Shown piece by piece: positions 52,421-64,000 of a stretch of DNA of 64,000 nucleotides. The DNA lies in contig CM052816.1 of the NCBI GenBank assembly GCA_028534125.1, positions 39,372,001 to 39,436,000 of the forward strand. Reading direction: 5' to 3'. The stretch is from Lama glama (Eukaryota). Each line of letters starts with the position of its first letter. Positions within the stretch are counted from its first letter, which is position 1. The notes beneath the pieces are model-generated. The model searched no databases. It saw nothing but the letters and a program-made list of their open reading frames with translations, and was not told where the DNA came from. Position numbers and translations under genes: made by a program.

Positions 52421-53852
52421 CAAAAAGCTGGTCGTGGCGTTATCTAAGACTGCCCTAGAAGCGGATGATTTTGTGGAACATTCCTGAAAAATAAAATACA
52501 AGTGCAGCTATCACTATGTTGAGGCTCACAAGCCAGTGTACTCTAATAAATAGCCACAAAACAAACAGTTGAAAACTGAAGTACCAAGCCACTACCTGGT
52601 GTGTGATGTAGTTCCTGACAACTTTGAGTTGTAATCTGTGAGGCAGCAGATAATCAATAGTAGGATATTAGTTAATATGTTAAGTAAAAATTTTTTTCCA
52701 TTTCAAAGAATCTAGTACTCTCGTTTTCTCCCTGTCTCATTTTGAATACTGTTATACAAAGGTGAATAGCATTATTGCTTTTCCATTCCAAGTTGGGATG
52801 TTTTCTGTATAAGCTGTTATAGATAAAAGAGGCTGAAATGAAGTAAATATTAATCCTTTAAAATGTGAGTAATTTAAAAGAAAAAAATGTGGGTTGTTGA
52901 AAGGATAAAACAGATAATACATAAAAGTTCTAATATATGCTTTGAAATTTTAATGACGTTTTCCACAGTGTTAATAACAGAGGCTGGAGATTTTATTGGC
53001 AGCCAGCTTACATGCTTCACTTTCTTTTATGAGACTGTCACTGGTCTGTAGGGTTGGGGGTAGTAAGTGGGTTCAGTTACACCCCACTGCATAATGCTAG
53101 CATTCTGAGGAGGGTGTATTTAGGTTATGAAGTCTCTGCAAAGGGATGTCATGTCCCTCTGAGTTTTCTGCTCATAGTACACAGAGCAGCAGGGATTTTC
53201 AAATTTTCCTTTTAGCAAAGCAAATGTAAAACTGCATTTGTATGCCTTCATAATAATAATAATAAAATTTCCAAATTTAATAAGAATTTCATTTAGAATG
53301 GTCAGACTTTTGTGCTTTCTACAGAGGAATGACAATTCTTACTAATAATAGGAAAATTGGAATTCCCATACCGCTCTTCACTAGAGATGGCGTCTCTGAA
53401 CCCACGCAGCTTAGAGTTGTCAAACAGGAGGTACTTGCAATGAAGCGAGCTGTCTAATGAATTCTGGATCAGTGTCTTAATTGAACCTTAGGAAAGCAAT
53501 ATAGTTAATGAGCTCTTTAATATGTAGGCTTTTTTTCCTTTATTCATCCATTTGTTCGTATTCCCAATACACAGTAGATAGTAAGTTCAGTTGGATCACA
53601 TGGAATTTTATGTAGGTGGAGGAGGAATGTGATAGTTAAGAATGCTTCCTGAAAAATCTTAGGACTGTGAAAATGTACAGTGTTGGCATTGTAGTAGTAT
53701 GTAAAAAAAAAACACTGTTTTATATAATTACTGATATATGTTATTGGACATTTTCTTTTTTGGAATACATACATCATTATACCAATGTACAGTAAGATAG
53801 ATGTATCTTTCTTTATGGGAAATACATGCTGTAGTTTGATATTTTCACTTGC

Positions 53853-53987
53853 TTAAGTTAAACTTATTTCTGTATCACTCTTCAGGATTTATCTTCAAAG
53901 CCAATTCAGTAATTTTAGTATGAGGAACATAAAATTATAATGTAATATTAAGACCATTTATGTGGATATAACAGGATCATAAGTTTT
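53853..53987 (+). repeat. Direct repeat copy 1 (135 bp; putative long TSD)
   Basis: Ungapped manual alignment to 55034-55168 gives 112/135 identities. Confidence 0.9.
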
Positions 53988-54667
53988 TTGTTTTGTTTTC
54001 ATATTCTTTTTCATTATAGGTTACTACAAGATATTGAGTGTAGTTCCCTGTACTATACAGTAGAAACTTGTTACTTACCTATTTTATATATAGTATCTGC
54101 AAATCTTAATCTCTCAATTTATTCCTTCCCACCACCTTTCCCCCTTGGTACCTATAAGTTTGTTTTCTATGTCTGTGGTCTGTTCTCTTTTGTAAGTAAG
54201 TTCATTTGTGTCTCTCTCTCTTTTTTTAATTCCACATATGAGTGATATCATATAGTGTTTTTCTTTCTCTTTCTGGCTTATTGCACTTAGGGTGATGACC
54301 TCCAGGTCCATCCATGTTGCTGCAAATGACATAATTTTATTCTTTCTTATGGCTGAGTAGTATTCCATTAAATAAATACAGCACAATATCTTTATCCAGT
54401 CCTCTGTCAGTGGACTTTTGGTTGTTTCCATGTCTTGGCTACTGTATGTAGTGCTGCTATGAGCATTGGGTGCATGTATCTTTTCAAATTAGGGTTCCCT
54501 CCAGATACATACCCAGGAGTGGGATTGCTGGATCATATGGTAAGTCTATTTTTAGTTTTTTGAGAAATCTCCATATTGTTTTCCATAATGGCTGCACCAA
54601 ACTACATTCCCTCCAACAGTGTAGGAGGGTTCCCTTTTCTCCACACTCTCTCCAGCATTTATCATTT
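53988..54667 (-). mobile_element. L1 non-inverted 3' segment (ORF2 end + 3'UTR), lacking the normal 3' terminus
   Basis: Peptides [15 protein letters not shown]...[11 protein letters not shown] and MEYYSAIRKNKIMSFAATWMDLE. Confidence 0.95.
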
Positions 54668-55033
54668 ACAAGTAAACTTAAAAGCTTTTTGCACAGCAAA
54701 GGAAACCATAAACGAAACAAAAAGACAACCTACGGAGTGGGAGAAAATATTTGTAAATGATGAGACTGACACGGGCTTAATTTCCAGAGTATATAAACAG
54801 CTCATACAACTTAATAATAAAGAAACAAACAACTCAGTCCAAAAATGGGCAGAAGACGTAAATAAGCAGTTCTCCAATGAAGACATACAAATGGCCAATA
54901 GGCTCATGAAAAAATGCTCAATATTGGTAATTATCAGAGAAATGAAGATCAAAACTACAATGAGGTATCATCTCACACCAGTCAGGATGGCCAGCATTCA
55001 AAAGTCCACAAATAATAAATTCTGGAGAGGGCG
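54668..55033 (+). mobile_element. L1 inverted 5' segment (ORF2), twin-priming type
   Basis: Peptide [25 protein letters not shown]...[11 protein letters not shown]; ends at the L1 position where the minus segment begins. Confidence 0.93.
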
Positions 55034-55168
55034 TTAAATTAAATTTATTTCTACATTACTCTTAAGGATTTGCATTCAAAGCCAAATCAGCAATTTTAAC
55101 ATGAGGAATATAAAATTATAATGTAAGGTTGAGACCATTTACATGGACATAATTGGGTCATAAGTTTT
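55034..55168 (+). repeat. Direct repeat copy 2 (135 bp; putative long TSD)
   Basis: Matches copy 1; ends in tttt|aa, which is TT/AAAA on the L1 sense (minus) strand. Confidence 0.9.
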
Positions 55169-56581
55169 AATATGGCTTTTGGTACAATCATTTTCCCATT
55201 ATGTTTCTACCTAAGACTTTTGTTTTCCCAAGTGGAATTTTTCCATTCCATAGGGTAAGTGATAAAAGCAGTGAAATCAATGACCTTATTTATTAAGAAA
55301 CTGTGGGACAACATTCTGTGATAACATGAGTAATTGCAAAATATCAGTAATTGTTAGATATAACTCATATTATTTCACTCAGAAAATCAATTCTAAACAG
55401 ATATCCCATTGTTTGCTTTGCTTTTAAAGGATTAGGACAAGCTTATAGTGTCAATTTCACATATTCACATGTCTTCCTTCCCCACATAACTTCTACACAC
55501 TTTACACACTGATTTAAGGAAATACATCCCCATATATACTATCATGTTGTTTATTCTTTCCAGAAACAAATACATATTACCAGGGAGGAAGGGAAAAATA
55601 TATTTGCTCTTACTAGGGATGAAAAAGGTGATAGTATACGCATATCCCCATAAGCTGGAGCAGAGTCCCAGTTAGTCCTCAGTCCATGAAACGAAGGACT
55701 GTGAAGATGGGATGGGAACTCAGCAGCAACATGGTGTATCTTCCTTTGTTGGGAAGTTACTGAAGCCCTAAATTTGCTTCAAAAGAGGAAAAAGCATTCC
55801 TAAACAATTTATGGTTCTCCCTTTCTCTCATACACCCGTATACATTTTCTTTTATCCTGTTTGGTTAATTTTTAAGGATGAACAGCTGAAGCCACTAAAA
55901 TATGCAGGGATATTAAAAGATATAGATTCCAGTAAATAATGACAATGACTGCTGAATATCAGTGTAAATTTTTCCTCCTCACCTTCAATTATGACACTGT
56001 AAGAAGAATCAGCTGACAAACCTGGAGAAATAAATAATTAAAGAAAAAATAAAGCTGTCATTATAGCTTAAATCAGTACTTTTCAGATCTTCATTTTTAG
56101 CCTCAAAAGACTGCAGGTATGAACTCCTTGTGGCAAGTCTTGTGTCGCACAGTGGGGCACGTGGGGCAGCCCACCTGACAGTCCTCTTCCCTGATAAGGC
56201 TTCGTAGTATGTCTGTGGAATCCAAGGGCTCCACTGCATGTTTTGAAGAGCAGCGGCTTATAACCTTAAATTTTCAGTAAATATTAGTTTTTGATGATGA
56301 TGATAATTAAATCTTTCTAACACAAGTAACTATTTTGTTTAGTTAAATTCAACAAATGTTACTGAGTCCCTACTGTGTGTCATGCCTGTCGCTAAGGGCA
56401 TAAGAGGATTCCTCGATCCCTTTAGTTGCACCATATTTTTACTGAAGTGTTAAACTTCATGGAATTTTCCTGCTGTAGAAGCTTTTAAGTATGCTGCTTG
56501 GTTTATTCCTTGACAATTGTGAGTTGTTTCTTGTGTTATTTTTCTCACAATTTTTGTGTAGGTTATAAATGAGATTAAAAA

Positions 56582-56928
56582 TGTTTCAGTCAGCTCTGGC
56601 GGCTGTAACAAATTACCAATAGACTGGGTTGCTTAGAAGAAAAATAGTTATTTATTTCTCACAGTTCTGGAAGCTAGAAGTCCAGGATCAGGCAGCCAGC
56701 ATGATGGGGTTCTTGGTCAGTGCCCTCCTCCTGGTTTCCTGTCAACTGTCTTCCTGCTGTGTCCTCACATGGGGAAGGAGGACTAGCTGCTGTCTGGCCT
56801 CTTTGTAGGGGCACTGAGCCCTCATGACCTAATTAACCTGAAAAGGTCCCACTTCCAAATACCATCACTTCAGGGTTAGGGTTTTAACATATGAATTGTG
56901 GCAGGATGGAAACATTCAATCCATTGTA
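56582..56928 (-). mobile_element. MaLR solo LTR (MLT1A-like)
   Basis: 'gctgtaacaaattacca', 'atttatttctcacagttctggaagctagaagtcca', 'ccctcatgacctaatta', 'aacatatgaatt'. Confidence 0.9.
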
Positions 56929-57163
56929 ATAAAATATTTTGTATACGTTGGATAATTCAGATGGTTTACTGGATACAAGAGGAGGAGAAAAGGCATACAG
57001 GATATTAATATGTGCAGAAATTCCCCTAAGTTATATAAATATGGAACCAAAATGTAATTTCTTTTAACAGGCTTTCTCTTAATCAGTGGAGTGAACTCTG
57101 GCATAAAAACTTTCAAGTTCCCACTATAAAATATACTTCCAGTCCCTAAGCCCATCCTCTTCC

Positions 57164-57620
57164 TAGTAGGAATGAAAAATACTAATCAGTAGTGAGTCTA
57201 GGACAGAAAAGGAAAAATTTTTTTGAGCCACCCTGAGGCTTATAATCTGGGAGGCAGTCTTACAGAGAACTCAGAGCTGTTCTGAAGAGCTGAGGGGAAG
57301 GCCAGTAGGTATATGACTTTGACAAAGGGGTACCTGCAGTCAATCAAGCACGCAACTTGGTGGAAGGGTACTGCCATTTGCAAGGAACACATATCTTAGT
57401 TAATGGTTTTAGTGCTTTTCTAAGTATAGGAAGATACAAGACACTGGGTTCATAAAATTTTCTCCTGAAAATCTCTACCTGTCTGAGGGCCAGTTCTATC
57501 AAGTTTTCCCAAAGCACGAAGTACTTCGTCCTGGTCTTCACCCCGATCTCCTTTCAGTGATGGCAGTGGCTAATGGGATGCTTGTAAAACTGGATGGTGG
57601 GAAACATTCTTTATTTTACA
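57164..57620 (-). mobile_element. ERV1 3' LTR (MER41-related, laurasiatherian type)
   Basis: Minus strand starts TGTAAAATAAAGAATG just after a purine tract (aaagggaaggga); 'ttaatggttttagtgcttttcta' and 'tctgagggccagttct' resemble MER41-like LTRs. Confidence 0.65.
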
Positions 57621-58280
57621 ATCCCTTCCCTTTCAGTCTTAATTTCAACCGAGATTTGGGAGGCATTTCATGACCAGTATAACCAGTGCTCATTCCCAGT
57701 TCAGGCAGGGCCTTGATAGGCCACTCAAGGTGCTTTATTAGACTAGGCCCTGTTAACAGTGGCTGAAAGCCTCTGGACCCCTTGTCTTAATAGTCTGTTA
57801 TAGTCCAGGAAATGGTTCCCTCTTGTTGCTGCTTCTCATATCTGGAGTTACACTGTTACAGTCATTAACCTTAGGAGATTGCGTTATTTGGTCAGTCCTA
57901 TCAAATCACATAATCATCATTCATTTTATCAAAGGCTCAGTCACACAGTTGGTAATGGAAGAAATGATAATCCTATAAAAGCGGCAGCATATAAGTAACA
58001 CAGGTAGTAACCTTCGTAAGTCTCAAGTATTGAAACTAAGAACTTCCATTAGTATTTCCTCCGGTCATCTGACCCAGTCTGTTCTGCACCATTCACTACC
58101 TTTTAAGGGAAATTATATATTGGAGCATTCACCAAATACAGGGTGAGTAGTGGATCATCATGACCCCTTGCAGGATTGAGAAGGGAGTGTTATTTTCTAA
58201 GGAGCTACATGGCTGGCACCAGAAGAAGAAAAATTGATCTTTGTGGTTGAGCAGGGATTCTGCTGTGGGGGGATCTGGTT
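57621..58280 (-). mobile_element. ERV1 internal 3' remnant (polypurine tract and upstream sequence); no 5' LTR seen
   Basis: PPT directly next to the LTR; the sequence resembles MER41/MER57-type internal regions; no intact ORF. Confidence 0.5.
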
Positions 58281-58439
58281 AATGCAGAGGCCCAGTGCAC
58301 ACTAGAGTGGAGGGGGAGGAGGCCCAAACAGGCAGAGAAGACTGTGTTGAAATTTGTCTTATCTTGCCTTAAAATATGAGTTTGTTTCATCATTAGCAAC
58401 TGAGTAGTTGAACCCGTTTACCCACTTTCTCAGGACGAA

Positions 58440-59005
58440 GTTTCCAGCGTCATCCTTAATTACTCTTCTTTGCCTCTTCCTCCATGGGCCACCCCTCCAC
58501 AGTCCTGTTGATTCTAAATCCAGAGCATGTCTTCAATCTGTTTCTGTCTGTTTACCTTCATTTCTGCCACTGTTGTCCAGGACCTTAGCGTGTTTCTCTG
58601 TCTGTTCCAGTGGCCTCTCAGGTGCTTTTTATATTTGCACAATTGGTCCTGAATAGTCTGTTCTCTGTAATACAGTGATTTTTTTAAAGTGATAGATACA
58701 TCCACTGCATACCTTGCACCCCTCTCCACCTTTACAATTAGAATGAATTCAAGCCTTTACCCTGAATTACAAAGTCCTCAATTACTAGTCTACTTCTCTG
58801 TCCTCTTCCTTTTGTGCATTCCAGTCTCACTGGCCTTCCTTCCCTTCTTCAAAGGGGTGCATTCAGTCCTGCCCACAACCTTTGCACCTGCTCTTTTCTC
58901 CCTCTGAAATGCAGTTTCTCCTGATCTCTGCAGGTCTCATTTTTATCTGTTCATTCACATCTCAGTCAAAAGGACACTTTCTCAAAGAAAGACACTTTCT
59001 CCCTC
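58440..59005 (+). mobile_element. L2 fragment
   Basis: Pyrimidine-rich L2 sense motifs 'ccagtctcactggccttcctt', 'cctttgcacctgctcttttctccctctgaaatgc'. Confidence 0.75.
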
Positions 59006-59447
59006 TTTGATCAATTAGGTTAAATGCCCCCAAAGAGAAAAGACTTTTCTTTTTCAAGTTATGCTTGAGCTAAGTCTTGTGGGATGGGAGAGGGTTCTCT
59101 GGGACACGGAAGGTGAAATGGTGAGATTCACACTCCAAGGAGAGAAAATAGCACAGAAGATTGCCACAGGCCCATAGGCTTCTTTGAAATCTTAATGTTC
59201 GTGTCTGTGAGCTTTGCAAAGCTCTTATTCTAGCTCTTGTGAGTATTCCTCTGGCCTGGGTATCTGGATACATGACATTTTGCACAGATTCGGGGGAAAA
59301 ACCTGAAACATTTCTTAAAATATAAGAATCCAGAATACAAAACCTGAAATTATAACTGGAGTGTTGCATCCTACAAAAAAAACCTGTCATTTTTGTTTGA
59401 TTGAAAATTGAGTGTTCAAGTGTGGATTGCTTGAATTTAAGATAAAA

Positions 59448-59463
59448 CCACTAGATGGTGCTC
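59448..59463 (+). promoter_or_regulatory. Candidate CTCF binding site
   Basis: CCACTAGATGGTGCTC vs consensus CCASYAGRKGGCRS, with one commonly tolerated C>T change. Confidence 0.55.
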
Positions 59464-60479
59464 TGTATTGTAACTATCAGAGAAATGCCTGACTCTGAAA
59501 GAACAAAAGTCTTAAACCTCCTGTTACCAAGACAACCTGCTTAGCTTGGTCTGGTTGCTTTTCCTTGTGCTTCTTTTTTCCGCTTCTCTCTGTCTTTCCA
59601 TTTAACTGGTTTTTCTGTTTTAGGCACATGGGTTTACATGATGTTTAGTAGGAGGAAAAAGTGAAAGAAGAAAAAAAAAAAAAGGAAATGTGCTCTGTAC
59701 CATTTTGGAGTATCCAATATGTGCTAGTCCTCCTGTGGAGACTACAAAGGAAATTTGGGCCATGGTCTGAAGTAGCTTAGAAAGCAGTTTAAGATATAAG
59801 TCATGAAAGAGAAAAATTACAAAAAAAAACATGATATACCTTTTTTAGTACTACATATAAGCGATAGTTAGTAGGTATGGTTTGCCCAAGAAGACACCAC
59901 ATCGTGATTTAGAAGGTAACCCAGATGAATTGCTAATAAGTGGGTTATGTGGGTCAATTTATTCATACTCTCTTGTCTTATTTTCTGTAATACTTGGATT
60001 AAACTCATTGATCTCTAAAACTCCTTCCAATTCCAGTACGATATGATTTTTCTAGTCTCTAGAATTTATAGGAATTGCATGAAACATTATTTTAGGCCAC
60101 AGTAATCAGAAAAGCTTTATGAATGAGTAGACATTTATAATGCATATTTGAAAAGGTAAAGTCTGAAGAAGAGAAGCAGGTGAAGAGTCTGATGCTGACT
60201 GACATCCAGAAACGGGCAGAGCTGAAGTGTGTCTGTCCAGCTAAGTTTCAGGCGCTCACACAGGAAGTGTGCTGTGTACACTGGGAGGTTCATGCTCCCT
60301 CCCACGTACCTCGAGATGAGGCATGGCCTTGAGAATTACAGTGATAAAATAAAAACTTCAAGGTTTAGATTGACTTTCAATAGAAGTCCTTAGAAATTTT
60401 GGTATCTGCTGAACCAAAACAGCAAAAGAATATTTATGACATATGTTCATGTTAAAAAATGACATAATTCCTTTTTATC

Positions 60480-60655
60480 AGTGTATTTTCTGAGGACACG
60501 CTACATCAGAATCACTCGTGTTTGTTGAAACTGTATCTTTTTGGCCTACACTCAAAATGTACTGAATTGGTATCTCTTGGGGGTTCTGAACATTTTCTTT
60601 TTTGACAAGGTCCTTAGAAGAGTCTGAGGTACATCAGAAATTGAGAACATCTGCT
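60480..60655. mobile_element. MER5-type MITE
   Basis: 'tacatcagaatcactcgtgtttgttgaaa...tactgaat...ttgagaacatctg'. Confidence 0.65.
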
Positions 60656-61004
60656 GTTACTTACAAAAGCATTAACAATTCAAATAAGTACTGTAGAATG
60701 AACAGAAGAAGTACCTGTAAACAACATACTCTTTCTCAAGAGGAGATGGAGCCTTGAAAAACCAGCTGCTGAGACAAAGGACTCATAGCTCATTTGTTTC
60801 TATATGTCAGTAAGCTTTTAAAGAGTGGCATTTGATTAAATTTCCCTCCTTTGTTATTTGGGTTGAGTCAATATTGTATCCTGTTCAGGGTACTATTTAA
60901 CAGATATTTTAAGTGAATGAATGAAGGAGGAGAAAAGGGTGGAATTTACAGCTAGTAAAAAGGAAGGGAACCTCATGGAAAGCCATTAGAATACCTGACT
61001 TCTT

Positions 61005-61285
61005 GTTTTAGCTCAAATGTCATGTTCTCAGATACTAACTCCCTTGACTACTGTATCTTAATTAGCACACTCAGCTTTCTCTCATATCTGTTTATTTTAT
61101 TATAGCATTTATCACATTATGAGTTTATTGCCTTCTCTGTGTTTGTTCATTGCGTATCTCTACATATACATTTTAGGTTCCTGGTGGAAACCTTATTTCT
61201 TTCTATTTTTATTTTTTAATCCATCATTGTATTAACAGAGCCTACAGAGTGGCTTCCAGTTGGTGAATAAAGGAAAAATAAATGT
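61005..61285 (+). mobile_element. L2 3' fragment
   Basis: 'gctcaaatgtcatgttctcaga', 'ttattatagcatttatcac', 'aacagagcct'. Confidence 0.6.
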
Positions 61286-61776
61286 GACAATTGGTTTGTA
61301 AGTAAATCACATAATTTCATTAGAGGAACATGAAAGGCCAAAATACCACTTCTGTATCTACTATTGATACAAACATTTTCACTACTAGAACTTCATTACA
61401 TGACGGTTGGAAAAGCTTACTGTTAACAACTGTTAACACCATAATGTGCATTTTGAGTTCCTTTTTAAAATGGTATCTAATGGATCAAATACTTGATTGC
61501 ATGTAGAGGGAATAGGAAGAGGAAGAATTACAGAGTACACAGAACACTCCATGGAAGAAGTAATCAGAACAGGAGCAGATTCCTGAGTGTGTGAAATGAA
61601 AAGGACAGCAGAATGGGAGAGACATGTATGTGTCTTATACCTTCTGATATATTCAGCCCTCAGACAAAGGCTTTAACTAGTGTTTGTAGCAAGGCACCAA
61701 TAACTGTTCTAACAAATACCTATTTCTCACAAACTTACTTCAGGACATCTTGCAAGATACTTTTATAGATTCACAT

Positions 61777-62408
61777 GGAGACAGATCCAAAAAAATATTG
61801 CTATGGTTTCTGTCAGAGTGTTTTGCCTATGTTTTCCTCTGGAAGTTTTATGAATTTCAGTCTTAAATTTAGGTCTTTAATTCATTTTGAGTTGATTTTT
61901 GCATATGGTGTTAGAGAATGTTCTAATTTCATTCTTTTGCATATGGCTGTCCAGTTTTCCCAACACTGTTTACTGAAGAGACTGTCTTTTCCTCATTGCA
62001 TATTCTTGCCTCCTTTGTCGTAGGTTAATTGACCATGTAAATTTAGGTTCGTTTTTGAGCTTTTTATTCTGTTTCGTTGATCTATATGTCTCTTTTTGTG
62101 CCCAGTACCATACTGTTTAGATTACTGTAGCTTCGTGGTATACTTGAAATCAGGGAACATGATACTTCCAATTTTGTTCTTTCTCAAGGTTGGTGAGCAT
62201 AGTGTATCTTTCCATTTTGTTCATCAATGTGTTACAGTTTTCTGAGTACAGGTCTTTTACCTCCTTGGTTAGGTTTATTCCTGGGTATTTTATTCTTTTT
62301 GATGTGATTATAAATGGCATTGTTTTCCTCATTCCTCTCTCATAGTTCATTGTTAGAATACAGAAACAGATTCTATATATTAATTTTGTGTTCTGCAACT
62401 TTACTGCG
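61777..62408 (-). mobile_element. Internal L1 ORF2 fragment with a deletion near 62190
   Basis: Peptide KRIKYPGINLTKEVKDLYSEN on the minus strand; 'ccagttttcccaacactgtttactgaagagactgtc'. Confidence 0.9.
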
Positions 62409-62879
62409 AAGAATGTTAAATGCTCAGTTAAAACATTTGATTTACTATAAAGAATTTATCAGTTTAATTCCTTTTAAGGAATCAAGTGAATATTTTGGGG
62501 TTAATTGCTACTAAATGGTGAGCAAGTGAAATGTGTGTTTCTAGTTTAACATCAGATTTATTTAAGGACAAAGCAGTTTTACTTTAACAATTTTTGACAG
62601 TAGCCTTTTAAAAACCTGTTATGCATTGAAAAAGTGAATTGCATTATTTGAGAATGTTAAGCATTTCCCAGAAGAACTGAGCACAAAGCCATTTATCTAC
62701 AATTTCATCTCCAATTATTCATAAAACAGATTTTTAATATATGACAGTGTTCTTGGGTAGGTCCAGATATAGTGTCCTATTTCAAGATTAAGCTAGAATT
62801 TTTAAAGTGGCATTTAGTCCTCAACCATTAAGTTATTGACAATAAGGCCACCATTTCTTCACCAATTTGATAACTATCA

Positions 62880-63290
62880 AATCAGCAGGCATTTCCTGAG
62901 TTCTCATTATGTGCTTAGGCTTATGATAGTCACTTTGGTGTATTAGAAGACATGGTTATGGTTCCTGTATTCCAACAAAACAGTATTTTGGAGAAAAATA
63001 TGTGTAATTCAGAAAGTCCATTAATTTAACTTAATTGTTAAATTGTTTGAAATTGACAGTTCAAAATGAGTTTAGAGAATGAATAATGGAGAAAAGCTTT
63101 CATGGCTGGAATTGTCAAAAGTTTTGATTCAGGAGGGGGAGGACATGTGCTGGATCTGTCTTAAAGTCTGCCTGAGATCACAGAAGAGAAGAAAGGAAAT
63201 TATTCAGGGCAAGGATTCAGTGTGTATTGAGGCTGGGATAAGAGAAATGATCTTGGAAACCTTTAGGCTGGTACTTGGAGGTAGGGGCGC
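62880..63290 (-). mobile_element. L2 fragment
   Basis: 'catttcctgagttctcattatgtgcttaggc', 'agacatggttatggttcctg', 'ttcagggcaagga'. Confidence 0.5.
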
Positions 63291-64000
63291 TGAATGGTCT
63301 GTATTATGGAACAGAGAGTCACTCCAAGACTTTATTTTGCTTCCCAGGCTGAAAACTACTCAGAGGAGACATGTGTGGACTTACTGATCATTTCTGACAC
63401 ATAGCAGATCAGTCTCACCCAACATGTTGCCTAAAACAGTGACCTGGCTGGTTGACGGGTGATGGGTAAATCAGTTGGGTAATTTAATTTCATATATTCA
63501 AATAGAATAGGACATATCAGTGAATAAAATTTTGTAATCCCAGATGCACAGATTCTCTATCTCATCTCTAATCATATCAAATAGCCCCCCGCCTTTTTCT
63601 GTTTAACTTGTGATCTTAAAAATGGAGTATTAAAGCAATGTCATTGGGTATAATTTTGCATTTTAGTGTAAGAATTATAAGAAATGGTACTGGTTTCCAT
63701 GAACCTTGTATGCAGATTATTGGTAAATAATTTGTAAAATGTTGAACAGATCCTGGCCCTTGTGAGAGAATTGTGTTGCTTTGGTGGGTCACGTGGGGTC
63801 AGAGAGCCTGTGTATTTCACTGTCTCCAGAGCGCTGCAACCATCTGTTAACCATAGGTGTCTGGGCAGACTGAACATTAGCCACGAGATAACAAATATAC
63901 CTATACAAATACAATTTAGGTTTGAAAAATAACACACATCTGGCTTAGACTCACATGGATTCCTTTCCTGGTTTCTTACACAAAGTGTCTGTGGACAGAA

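Noticed and set aside
57164..57620. MER41-like LTR as an interferon-inducible enhancer
   Set aside because: I found no intact TTCN3GAA GAS site, only TTCTCCTGAA (N4) at 57460-57469.
1..64000. CRISPR arrays, operons, rRNA or other prokaryote-type systems
   Set aside because: The sequence is mammalian, and no regularly spaced repeats or intact long ORFs were seen.

Overview
AT-rich eutherian genomic DNA, most likely a camelid: it has two Vic-1-type tRNA-derived SINEs and I saw no Alu, BovB/BovA, CanSINE or PRE1. It reads as a long intron or intergenic stretch with many decayed transposable elements (L1, L2, MIR, MaLR/ERVL/ERV1 LTRs, hAT-Charlie, MER53, MER5, Tigger1). No intact protein-coding gene can be supported. 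The ORFs with recognisable protein similarity are L1 ORF1/ORF2 or L2 ORF2 remnants; the rest look like chance ORFs. A few plus-strand exon candidates exist (26 nt at 3942-3967, 54 nt at 49601-49654), but I cannot name a host gene. The most unusual structures are retrotransposition products: (i) a 5'-inverted, 3'-truncated L1 flanked by a 135-bp direct repeat that behaves like a very long target-site duplication (53853-55168), and (ii) a TSD-flanked 'half' L1 (5'UTR + ORF1 + start of ORF2 + poly(A)) inside a Charlie1 transposon (8525-10998). I found no evidence of a new multi-gene system. TE family names come from recalled consensus sequences, not a RepeatMasker run, and most TE boundaries are approximate (tens of bp).
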